IMG/VR virus record: IMGVR_UViG_3300048837_000378
Coordinates: 40,794-104,793 of that record
DNA length: 64,000 bases
Source: a virus
Taxonomy: Duplodnaviria; Heunggongvirae; Uroviricota; Caudoviricetes
Reading direction: 5' to 3' (one strand)
Part shown: piece after piece, positions 57,248 through 64,000 of the stretch
Layout: each line of letters opens with the position of its first letter
Numbering within the stretch: the stretch's first letter is position 1
The notes under the pieces: generated by a model
The model's database searches: none
The model's input: only the letters and a program-made list of their open reading frames with translations
What the model was told of the DNA's origin: nothing
Program-made: the position numbers and the translations under genes

Positions 57248-57533
57248 ATAAAATCCTATTTATTTTTCGCTGCTTTATAATTTTCTGAATGTCTCCAGAT
57301 TTGTAATACCGAAAGTGTCCAGATTCAAACTCTTTTTTTAAATCCAATTTAAAAGGTTGTCCTAGGTATCCACCAAAGGCAAACTCACCATGAAGAGTGT
57401 CGCACAAAGAACGCACCCACAAATCGTTTCCTTCTACTTTCACAACCCTAACAATTGCATGATAAAGTTTTGATTTGTAGATTGCTTCAAAACCAGTATT
57501 TATTAGTACATCACCTTTTTTAGGCTTGACCAT
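57234..57533 (-). CDS. LYG-tail small protein family member
   Basis: KPKKGDVLIN N-terminal motif. Ends ...NRILYGQV. Start ATG lies inside the TAT-GGT of the upstream tail (checked base by base). Confidence 0.55.
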   Translation of the reverse strand: MVKPKKGDVLINTGFEAIYKSKLYHAIVRVVKVEGNDLWVRSLCDTLHGEFAFGGYLGQPFKLDLKKEFESGHFRYYKSGDIQKIIKQRKINRILYGQV

Positions 57534-57786
57534 ACAATACCTGTACAGCTTTAGGAAGCAATTTAATTTGATTCTCTCTAACTAAATCTAAGTCTCTTGT
57601 ATTTTGCCACCGAATCAATACCCACTTTGATTTAGTTTGATAAGCCGTAGATGCAATATTTTTCCAAGACCTATAATCTTTTGGAGAAATTAGTTTATCT
57701 GGAGTACAAACTTTTCCAATTTGGAGAGGTCCCTCATTTTTAAACATAATCAAATCGCCGTGCTGATATTTATTACTTATTGGCAA
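57520..57786 (-). CDS. LYG-tail small protein family member
   Basis: YQHGDLIMF motif. Ends ...AVQVLYGQA. Annotated start is TTG, preceded by AGGTAAGGTG. Confidence 0.5.
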   Translation of the reverse strand: MPISNKYQHGDLIMFKNEGPLQIGKVCTPDKLISPKDYRSWKNIASTAYQTKSKWVLIRWQNTRDLDLVRENQIKLLPKAVQVLYGQA

Positions 57787-58081
57787 ATAGCACCTTACCT
57801 GCTAAGGTACTTTTTATAAGTCTCTTTCTTAGAAGATTTTCAAATACTTCTATAGAATCTAAAAGTTTTTCATATCTCCATTGTTCAACACCGTCTTTTT
57901 TGGCGTATTCAACTCTATCTTTTAAATGTTTTATGATATTTTGTAAGTGGTCATCTTTAATGAATTTATAAGGTATTCTAACGCCGTCCAAAGTAGTCCA
58001 ACATTCTTTATTGGGATTGGCAATAAGATATTTTTCAAACATCTCTATTTCTTCTTTTGAGTAAGAACTTTGTTGGCTCAT
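57773..58081 (-). CDS. LYG-tail-like small protein (LFA variant)
   Basis: Ends ...LAGKVLFANK. First gene after the promoter at 58088..58116. Confidence 0.45.
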   Translation of the reverse strand: MSQQSSYSKEEIEMFEKYLIANPNKECWTTLDGVRIPYKFIKDDHLQNIIKHLKDRVEYAKKDGVEQWRYEKLLDSIEVFENLLRKRLIKSTLAGKVLFANK

Positions 58082-58087
58082 AAATTA

Positions 58088-58116
58088 ACTCTACCTTAAA
58101 GTTGACTTAGTGTCAA
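58088..58116 (-). promoter_or_regulatory. Sigma70-like promoter candidate (TTGACA-17-TAGAGT), near-leaderless
   Basis: - strand reads TTGACActaagtcaactttaaggTAGAGTtaatttATG. The -10 ends 6 nt before the ATG of 57773..58081. Confidence 0.4.
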
Positions 58117-58147
58117 TAAAAAAGAGGCTCCGTTTGAAGGGAGCCCC
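58117..58147 (-). terminator. Rho-independent terminator after the SPFH gene
   Basis: GGCTCC/GGAGCC stem with an 8-nt loop, followed on the - strand by TTTTTTATT. Confidence 0.6.
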
Positions 58148-58176
58148 TGGCTAGATGAATGGTTATAAAACTTTTA

Positions 58177-59376
58177 CTAGTCTTTAGGGCCTGTATTGGA
58201 CATCTTATCGCTAATGCGCATAAAAGATTCTAGTCCTACAGCATCAAAGGGGTTCAAAGCTTGTCCACCTTTTCCATCACCGCCACCAATAACCATCATA
58301 CCTGGAAATTTAACTTGAGACATTTTTTCTGCTACTCCAATAGAAGTTTTCATTTGATATTCAGCTCGTTCTTGTGGAGTGAGACCTGCTTGCACTTTGA
58401 GTCGATTAGTTTCAGCTTCAGCTTTACCTCTCACTACGGCGGCTTTGGCCTCTTCTTCAGCTTGCAGTCGTTGTTGTACTGCTACTTCTTTTTCACGTTC
58501 GGCATTAATAACCGCAGTCTTTTTTTCAACTAAGGCTAGAGCTTCTGCTTGTGCGACTTTTGCCTTTCCTTCTTCTCCTGCCGTAATAGCGTCTTGCTTG
58601 GCTCGTTCGGCTTTAGCCCTAGATACTACTTTTTCTTGTTCAGCTTCTTTCTTTTTGACAATAATAGCTTGTGTTTTTTCATCAAAATCAAAGTCTTTAA
58701 TCACAAAATTAATTACTTCTACATTGTACCTAATTAGAGGAGACCCTTTACTAATGATACGTTTGCCTTCTTTATCCGTTTTGATGCGAACTTGAGTTTC
58801 CGTATAAGTGTTTCCATCAGAGTCGGTCTCTTTGATTTGTTCCGATAAAGTTTCATAGATACCTAGTTTAATCTGTTCTTCTGCTAAAGTAGTAAACTCT
58901 GCCAAGCGACCAGAATAAGATTCTTCTGCTTTCATAGTAGCGGCAGTTTTATTTAAAGCCTCCTGCACTACTTGCCTAATAAGGTCGTTCTTTACGGCTT
59001 CATAGGCTTTAAAGTCCTTGTGCAGTAGAAGTTGGTCAGACTCTTTAGTTGATAGACGAAACTTGATAGCGCCTGAAATAAAGGCTTGACCGCCATCATT
59101 AAACCGGACTGTAATAGGCTCCGCACCTACCTCTGGACCGTCACCGTCATGTTTAGAAAAATAGTACATATCAGATACTTGGTAAGTACTAATATTTCCA
59201 AAAAACTGATTATAAGTACCTGCCTGATTACGCACAGACATTTCCCCACTAACAGCCGCTTGTTTGACTTGGTAATAACCTTCGTCGTTAGTTTCTACTA
59301 TTTGTCCTACTGTAGACAGTAGAGTAATAAGAGCAACAGCTCCTAGTACCATAATACCAATTTTTCTTGGATTCAT
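58177..59376 (-). CDS. SPFH/band-7 (stomatin/HflC-like) membrane protein with long Ala/Glu/Lys-rich coiled coil
   Basis: N-terminal TM IGIMVLGAVALITLL, an SPFH-like core, a C-terminal AEQEKVVSRAKAERAKQDAI... coiled coil, and a GGGDGKG tail. Confidence 0.7.
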   Translation of the reverse strand: MNPRKIGIMVLGAVALITLLSTVGQIVETNDEGYYQVKQAAVSGEMSVRNQAGTYNQFFGNISTYQVSDMYYFSKHDGDGPEVGAEPITVRFNDGGQAFISGAIKFRLSTKESDQLLLHKDFKAYEAVKNDLIRQVVQEALNKTAATMKAEESYSGRLAEFTTLAEEQIKLGIYETLSEQIKETDSDGNTYTETQVRIKTDKEGKRIISKGSPLIRYNVEVINFVIKDFDFDEKTQAIIVKKKEAEQEKVVSRAKAERAKQDAITAGEEGKAKVAQAEALALVEKKTAVINAEREKEVAVQQRLQAEEEAKAAVVRGKAEAETNRLKVQAGLTPQERAEYQMKTSIGVAEKMSQVKFPGMMVIGGGDGKGGQALNPFDAVGLESFMRISDKMSNTGPKD

Positions 59377-59597
59377 TTGTTTTCCTTTGTAAATTTGTTA
59401 ATTTCATTTTGTTTTTTATCAACGTCTTTAAATTCTTCTTTAGTTTGTACCACTTCTTGATATTGTTCGTCAACTAATTTTATTTCGGCAATTCTATTGC
59501 GGACGTTGGCTTTTTGCACAGCTAGGTAGATATTATATAATATAAGCCCTCCCACCCCTACAGTGAACAAAAAAATTGCTAAAGCTATAATACTCAT
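59373..59597 (-). CDS. Small single-TM protein (holin-like topology)
   Basis: MSIIALAIFLFTVGVGGLILYNIYLAV TM, then a charged C-terminus. Confidence 0.4.
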   Translation of the reverse strand: MSIIALAIFLFTVGVGGLILYNIYLAVQKANVRNRIAEIKLVDEQYQEVVQTKEEFKDVDKKQNEINKFTKENK

Positions 59598-60001
59598 TAG
59601 TATTCTCCTTTTCCGTATAAAACGTCAAATGTTTTTAAATCTTTACTAAAATATTCCCATTTAGGGTTAGCGATTTTTTCTTTTTCAAACATTCTACCGC
59701 CATTAGTAGTCATTCCGCCACGTCTTTCTAGGTCGAAAGTAATTTTAAATATACCCTCTTCTCCACAATCTTGTAGCACTGTCCAGTCCGTCGCTATATA
59801 GCCGCCTCTATTAGACTTTCTCCAAAATAAAGCTATAAACGACTTTTCAATAGCGTACTCAATAGTGTTGGTCAGGCTGGGTCCTAATATTGAGTGTTCT
59901 TTTAATACCATAGTTCTAGTGTTGTAGTCTGCAATAACTATAATAGTATTTGTTTTACCATTAAAACAATCGTATTTCACGGTTTCAATTACAGGGTTCA
60001 C
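59597..60001 (-). CDS. LYG-tail small protein family member
   Basis: Ends ...TFDVLYGKGEY. Confidence 0.45.
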   Translation of the reverse strand: MNPVIETVKYDCFNGKTNTIIVIADYNTRTMVLKEHSILGPSLTNTIEYAIEKSFIALFWRKSNRGGYIATDWTVLQDCGEEGIFKITFDLERRGGMTTNGGRMFEKEKIANPKWEYFSKDLKTFDVLYGKGEY

Positions 60002-60519
60002 ATATACCTCGCCACCAACGTTTTGTATATTTCACAATTATCTTGAATCTTATGTTTTGGCGCGGTCCCTACGTTATATCTACACCAATAGTCTAATTCT
60101 CTGTGACCAAAGCTTCGTTTAAAATCGGCTAAGACCATTGCTCCAGCTTTCACAGAATACTCTAAATCAGTGAGTAATCTTTCTTTGTCAAAGCCATAGG
60201 CTTCAATTGTTTTATGGTTAATTTGTGATATACCATAGTCTAGGGATTTTGTATTTATTGCGTCTAATTTATAACCGCTCTCGTGTGCTAAAATTGCTGC
60301 AAGTCTGTAAGGTTTAATGTTGTAAACTCTAGCTAAATTGTGGATTATGTTAGACAATTCCATAGCATAATTTTTATCAATATTTGTTTTATTTTTGACA
60401 ATTTGACAATATATAGGATGTTCTTTGCAAATATCATTCGCTTGGCAAAGAATTGATGTCACCAAGAATACCATAATTAATATTAGGTGTTTCATTTGGA
60501 CCTCCAAAAAGTACTTCAT
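59998..60519 (-). CDS. Secreted lytic transglycosylase (SLT domain)
   Basis: Signal peptide MKHLILIMVFLVTSILCQA. AHESGYKLDAINTKSLDYGISQIN matches the SLT catalytic E-S...GLMQ region. Likely true start is the second Met (GGAGG SD). Confidence 0.7.
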   Translation of the reverse strand: MKYFLEVQMKHLILIMVFLVTSILCQANDICKEHPIYCQIVKNKTNIDKNYAMELSNIIHNLARVYNIKPYRLAAILAHESGYKLDAINTKSLDYGISQINHKTIEAYGFDKERLLTDLEYSVKAGAMVLADFKRSFGHRELDYWCRYNVGTAPKHKIQDNCEIYKTLVARYM

Positions 60520-61075
60520 AGTTCTTATCTTTATATACCAATTTATTATCTTTGTCTACAATTAACCATTTAGGAGCAACACCGACTGACAAAGCCTCTA
60601 CACCAGTCAATTTGTACCATGTGGGAGGTCTAACATCTGTGTTCCATCTAGACGTTAAATATTGTCTATAAGCTTCTACAGTGTCTCCTATATGTTTAAA
60701 GTCTACGCCTTTGCTTGAATTTGCTGCGCAGTTTGCAAAGGGTGTAGCAGGTGTTTCTGAAAAACAAGAAAGAGATTTTGTATTCAAGTCGTTCAATATA
60801 TCCAAACATTTATGGGTTTTGGCGTACCTTCGTTCGTACTCGTCACACAAATAAAAAGCATGGTCTAATAGCCACAGAAAATTAGTTTTTGTTTGGCGAG
60901 CCCACACATTTGAAGGGTGGTTTGCGTGAGTAGACTTATAGGGCGTATTGTGTCCATGATGATTTAAAGCGGTACAAAGCATTTGAGTTGATTCTAAGCA
61001 CATCTTAATAACACGCTTATCATCTAAGTTTTGCGCACACAAATAAGGGTTTAAATCACTAAAAAATATATTCAT
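60434..61075 (-). CDS. Pyrimidine-dimer DNA glycosylase (T4 endonuclease V/DenV-like) with C-terminal extension
   Basis: N-terminal DLNPYLCAQNLDDKRVIKMCLE and RPPTWYKLTG resemble the T4 endo V ends (ADQHLMAEYRE / RPTWYKYYGK). Extension carries EVLFGG. Confidence 0.45.
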   Translation of the reverse strand: MNIFFSDLNPYLCAQNLDDKRVIKMCLESTQMLCTALNHHGHNTPYKSTHANHPSNVWARQTKTNFLWLLDHAFYLCDEYERRYAKTHKCLDILNDLNTKSLSCFSETPATPFANCAANSSKGVDFKHIGDTVEAYRQYLTSRWNTDVRPPTWYKLTGVEALSVGVAPKWLIVDKDNKLVYKDKNYEVLFGGPNETPNINYGILGDINSLPSE

Positions 61076-61698
61076 TTAATTTCTTCTTTTTCTTTTGGTA
61101 AATATATTGTGACTTCACTTGGCAGTATTAGCCAGGGAATTCTTATTAGTTTTGCGCCTTCTTTGTAGGTCGTTAATACTCGTCCTGCATAAAAAAATAA
61201 TTCTGATTCTTCGTGTTTTTCTTCTTCAGTAAGGGGACGCCCTAACTTTTTTTCTAAAATTTTAGTAAAGGAAGGGTCAGGAATACGCACTTGAGAGTTC
61301 CCATTAGGGGGGAATAAGATGTTTGTGTAACCGCAATCAAATTTTTCCTCGCCATCACTCTTTAATGCGTATTCCCAACGGTCGTATAATTCTAAAAATC
61401 TGCTATAATTTGATAATTCCGTTATATATTTTGTTTTATCTTTATCAGACATTTTATTGTACCTAGCAAAATCAGACTCCCATAGTTGGAGTTTATTGCC
61501 GGTACATTTGAACACCTTGGCTTCATCTAAAATCATTGTAGATAAGCAGTTAGGACAACTAGTAACAGTATGCCTAGCAACATAATTCACCTTCTTTTTA
61601 TCTCTAGGTTTAACTTGCCTAATCTTAAGTTTGGAGCCGTCTGCCTGAGTTTCTTCTCTTTCAGAAACAGATTTAGCTCTCTTTCTTAGTTTTTTCAT
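61072..61698 (-). CDS. Zinc-ribbon protein
   Basis: CPNC...C motif. 208 aa. Confidence 0.4.
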   Translation of the reverse strand: MKKLRKRAKSVSEREETQADGSKLKIRQVKPRDKKKVNYVARHTVTSCPNCLSTMILDEAKVFKCTGNKLQLWESDFARYNKMSDKDKTKYITELSNYSRFLELYDRWEYALKSDGEEKFDCGYTNILFPPNGNSQVRIPDPSFTKILEKKLGRPLTEEEKHEESELFFYAGRVLTTYKEGAKLIRIPWLILPSEVTIYLPKEKEEIK

Positions 61699-61870
61699 AT
61701 ACCCTTCCGTTTTCGGCTATATAGTTTTTTGAAGCTAGATAGCTTAGTACGCCTTTAGTATAACACTCGCAAAGAAAATTGTCACTAGTAACCGCTTTTT
61801 CAAGATAATTCTTTAATGCTAAATCTTTAATTTGGTCGTAGTCTTGCTTCTTTAGAGTGATTTCTTTCAT
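61673..61870 (-). CDS. Small hypothetical protein
   Basis: 65 aa. ATG directly follows the upstream TAA. Confidence 0.35.
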   Translation of the reverse strand: MKEITLKKQDYDQIKDLALKNYLEKAVTSDNFLCECYTKGVLSYLASKNYIAENGRVYEKTKKES

Positions 61871-62344
61871 TTATTTACCATATAAAATCTTAGTTGTTGG
61901 TCCAATAGGTACTATTTCATTAAGATTTACAACTAAACTTTTTTTAGCATTCATAATTTTGTATTGTAGACTGCCTAAATCATCAAATTTAGATAAAATA
62001 ACGCCTTCTACGAGAACATTCCCCAATTCTTGGTGGAAAGCTACGTCTCCAGCTTTGAACGGTAAATGTGTTACAGTCTGTTCTACAGTTTCAAGCCAAT
62101 TAATTTTTTCTTGAAGTTTGTCTCTTTCTAAAATAGTTTTAACTTTTGATTGCCTAATAAAATCTATATCTGCATTTTTACGATTAGTCTTTTCTAAAAC
62201 AGACTCTTCTAAAGTTTTTACTAATTCATCAAAACTAGCTTTTGACATATCTGCTGAGCCGCTGATGCCATAAGACATGGCGTCTTGGGCATGAGTTGTC
62301 TGCCTACCAGCAATACCAGAAGTTTTTTGAGAAGGGTAACTCAT
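61871..62344 (-). CDS. LYG-tail small protein family member
   Basis: FKAGDVAF motif. Ends ...TTKILYGK. ATGA overlap with the upstream gene. Confidence 0.5.
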   Translation of the reverse strand: MSYPSQKTSGIAGRQTTHAQDAMSYGISGSADMSKASFDELVKTLEESVLEKTNRKNADIDFIRQSKVKTILERDKLQEKINWLETVEQTVTHLPFKAGDVAFHQELGNVLVEGVILSKFDDLGSLQYKIMNAKKSLVVNLNEIVPIGPTTKILYGK

Positions 62345-63801
62345 ACATGAACTTTCTTCTTAACTTCAATATAAGTTCTACCACCCCATTTGTAAGGAGG
62401 TTGTCTAGTCTTGCCGCCTACCAAAGCCCACAACACAGGGTACTTGGGTTTTTTAATACCTTCGTCCCAACATTCTCCATCGGTAAAATAAATAAGACCG
62501 TCCACTTCTAAATTATCACACTCTTCAAACACTGGTTTGAAAGAAGTACCCCCCCGACCATTTGTTAGAAACGGTTTTTTAGGGTCAAATTTATACACTC
62601 CGTTGACTTTAGTGTCACACTCAATAACTGTTAGTACAATTTCCATATTGTGCAGACGGCCCATTTCAGCAAAGAACTGATTTAGTTCGTCGTCGTGGAC
62701 CGAACCAGAACTGTCAATTCCTATTGCAATGTGCAGTTTAGGGAAAGTCACAATACCTGGATACAAGATGCCATAACGTCGATTACGACGTTTACGAGAG
62801 GAGTCAATAATGATTTCAGCGGTACGCGCTACAAACCGTTGTACGTCTTGTCTCCAATCTCTAGGAACGTGATTTAAGGCTGCAATAGCTTGTTGAATGT
62901 CCATTGACAAGTTGCCTTTTTCACGGTCAGGAGTAGCTTCTAAAGCTTTATTGACAACAGCCTTTACCTTATCGGTGATTTGGTCCTCAGTAGCATCGGA
63001 TTCATGCCAAATTGAGTGGTCGTCAATTGTCATAGGACCGCCGCCGCCACCACCACCACTTCCCCAACCTCCGCCGCCGCCTCCGCCACCTTTTTGTTTG
63101 TCTTTTTCTTGTTGTTGTTTCAAAAATTCATAGTAATATTCTAAAGATTGTTGTTCCAAAATGTGGGGAATTTGTTTTTTTAAATCTTTCACAAGTAACG
63201 GAGTACCTGTCAAGGGTTTTCCTGCATCTGGATTAGGTTTGCCGTCTGCAAACGTTTCAGGCTGTACAATCAATTCCCCAGCCGGTGTAAACATTTTCAT
63301 ATCTTTTGGCAACAAAGGCAGATATTCGTTAATAGCGTAGTCTGCGGCTTTGTTTAGTACGCTGGCACTTTCTTGGTCGTTTTTACGTTCTTGATGTGTA
63401 CGTTCTTTAACATCAAAAATTTGAGGTTCTAAGTCTCTAAAGCGAACAAAATGGTTGTTAATAACGTGGTAGCATTCGTGTTTTAAGACTTCTACGCGCT
63501 CAATAGGAGACATTGAATTAAAAAAGTAAGGGTTAATGAAAAGATTGACTTCATCTGTGACGTTGACTCCTAATGTGGGCAGTTTGTTTGTAAACTCCCG
63601 TCTAAAATTCAGAAGCAAGTTAGAAAAGAATCGACCTTCGTGAATAATTTTCATAATAGCAGATTCAAGGTTTTCAGCCGCTAATGCCAAAACTTTTTCA
63701 GGAATAGGCGGTAGTTGCTGAGTCACTACTACCGTGACGGTCTGTTTAGAAGCCTCTCCCCCTACTGTATTTACTGATGTTGAGTTTTTATTATTGTCCA
63801 T
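62341..63801 (-). CDS. DUF2201-like protein: putative HExxH metallopeptidase domain, poly-Gly linker, vWA domain
   Basis: HECYHVINNH (HExxH), GGGGGGGWGSGGGGGGG linker, and AIGIDSSGSV (DxSGS MIDAS) vWA motif. Confidence 0.55.
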   Translation of the reverse strand: MDNNKNSTSVNTVGGEASKQTVTVVVTQQLPPIPEKVLALAAENLESAIMKIIHEGRFFSNLLLNFRREFTNKLPTLGVNVTDEVNLFINPYFFNSMSPIERVEVLKHECYHVINNHFVRFRDLEPQIFDVKERTHQERKNDQESASVLNKAADYAINEYLPLLPKDMKMFTPAGELIVQPETFADGKPNPDAGKPLTGTPLLVKDLKKQIPHILEQQSLEYYYEFLKQQQEKDKQKGGGGGGGGWGSGGGGGGGPMTIDDHSIWHESDATEDQITDKVKAVVNKALEATPDREKGNLSMDIQQAIAALNHVPRDWRQDVQRFVARTAEIIIDSSRKRRNRRYGILYPGIVTFPKLHIAIGIDSSGSVHDDELNQFFAEMGRLHNMEIVLTVIECDTKVNGVYKFDPKKPFLTNGRGGTSFKPVFEECDNLEVDGLIYFTDGECWDEGIKKPKYPVLWALVGGKTRQPPYKWGGRTYIEVKKKVHV

Positions 63802-63819
63802 TTTGTGTCCTTTTTATAT

Positions 63820-64000
63820 AGTTTATAGCATTTTGTAATATATTGCAATCATCTTTAAATTTGCCTAAAGCAGTATTACAATTTCTACACAATAGTCCTC
63901 TAATTTTACCAGTAACGTGACAGTGGTCAACATTTAGCTTATGGTTTAAAGTAGTAGCGTCCTTGCTACATATAGAACATTTATTATTTTGTTCTAATTT
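63820..64000 (-). CDS. Endonuclease VII-type HNH homing endonuclease, C-terminal fragment (runs off window end)
   Basis: - strand translation gives ...NNKCSICSKDATTLNHKLNVDHCHVTGKIRGLLCRNCNTALGKFKDDCNILQNAINYIKRTQNG. Confidence 0.7.

Noticed and set aside
58379-58795. 138-aa + strand Ala/Ser-rich ORF and neighbouring + strand ORFs (58261, 58549)
   Set aside because: Antisense to the Ala/Glu/Lys-rich coiled coil of the SPFH gene. The codon periodicity belongs to the - strand gene.

Overview
The window looks like part of an AT-rich tailed dsDNA phage genome (myovirus-like, with a T4/P2-type baseplate), probably infecting a Gram-negative host. It has two convergent gene blocks.

Positions 1 to ~22300 lie on the + strand and form a late/structural module. 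It contains a baseplate hub fragment, a gpV/gp5-like spike, a gp25/gpW-like wedge protein and a Baseplate-J-like protein. It also contains a 1549-aa fibre, three paralogous receptor-binding-like fibre proteins, a glycine-rich fibre protein, a tail-fibre assembly chaperone and an M15 peptidase. It ends in a terminator hairpin at ~22.37 kb.

Positions ~22386 to 64000 lie on the - strand and form one long early/middle block. The replication and nucleotide genes are a family-A DNA polymerase, a PrimPol-helicase fusion, an ATP-dependent ligase and a DEDD exonuclease. They also include a RecA/UvsX-like recombinase, a RuvC-like resolvase, an ERF annealase with a Cas4/RecB-like exonuclease, dUTPase and dNMP kinase. 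Further genes are a class II ribonucleotide reductase, peptide deformylase, ClpP and an endonuclease V-like glycosylase. These are interleaved with many small genes and membrane or periplasmic proteins.

The features that stand out are listed below.
- A family of at least 18 small proteins in two tandem arrays shares a C-terminal [VIL]-L-[YF]-[GAE] tail that often dual-codes the next gene's start.
- Six homing endonucleases from four families are present (HNH, GIY-YIG, HNH-AP2, two EndoVII-type and a free-standing LAGLIDADG).
- A six-gene envelope cassette encodes a membrane-anchored PD-(D/E)xK nuclease-like protein next to a secreted ClpP/S49-fold protease.
- A putative c-type cytochrome lipoprotein carries a CxxCH motif.
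- An SPFH/band-7 protein and an SLT lytic transglycosylase lie together.
- A DUF2201-like protein combines a metallopeptidase with a vWA domain.
- Three translationally coupled micro-ORFs encode hydrophobic peptides.
- Two terminator-promoter modules are present.

No tRNA, CRISPR array or transposon was seen. Every functional call rests on motifs recognised by eye, and no database search was possible.
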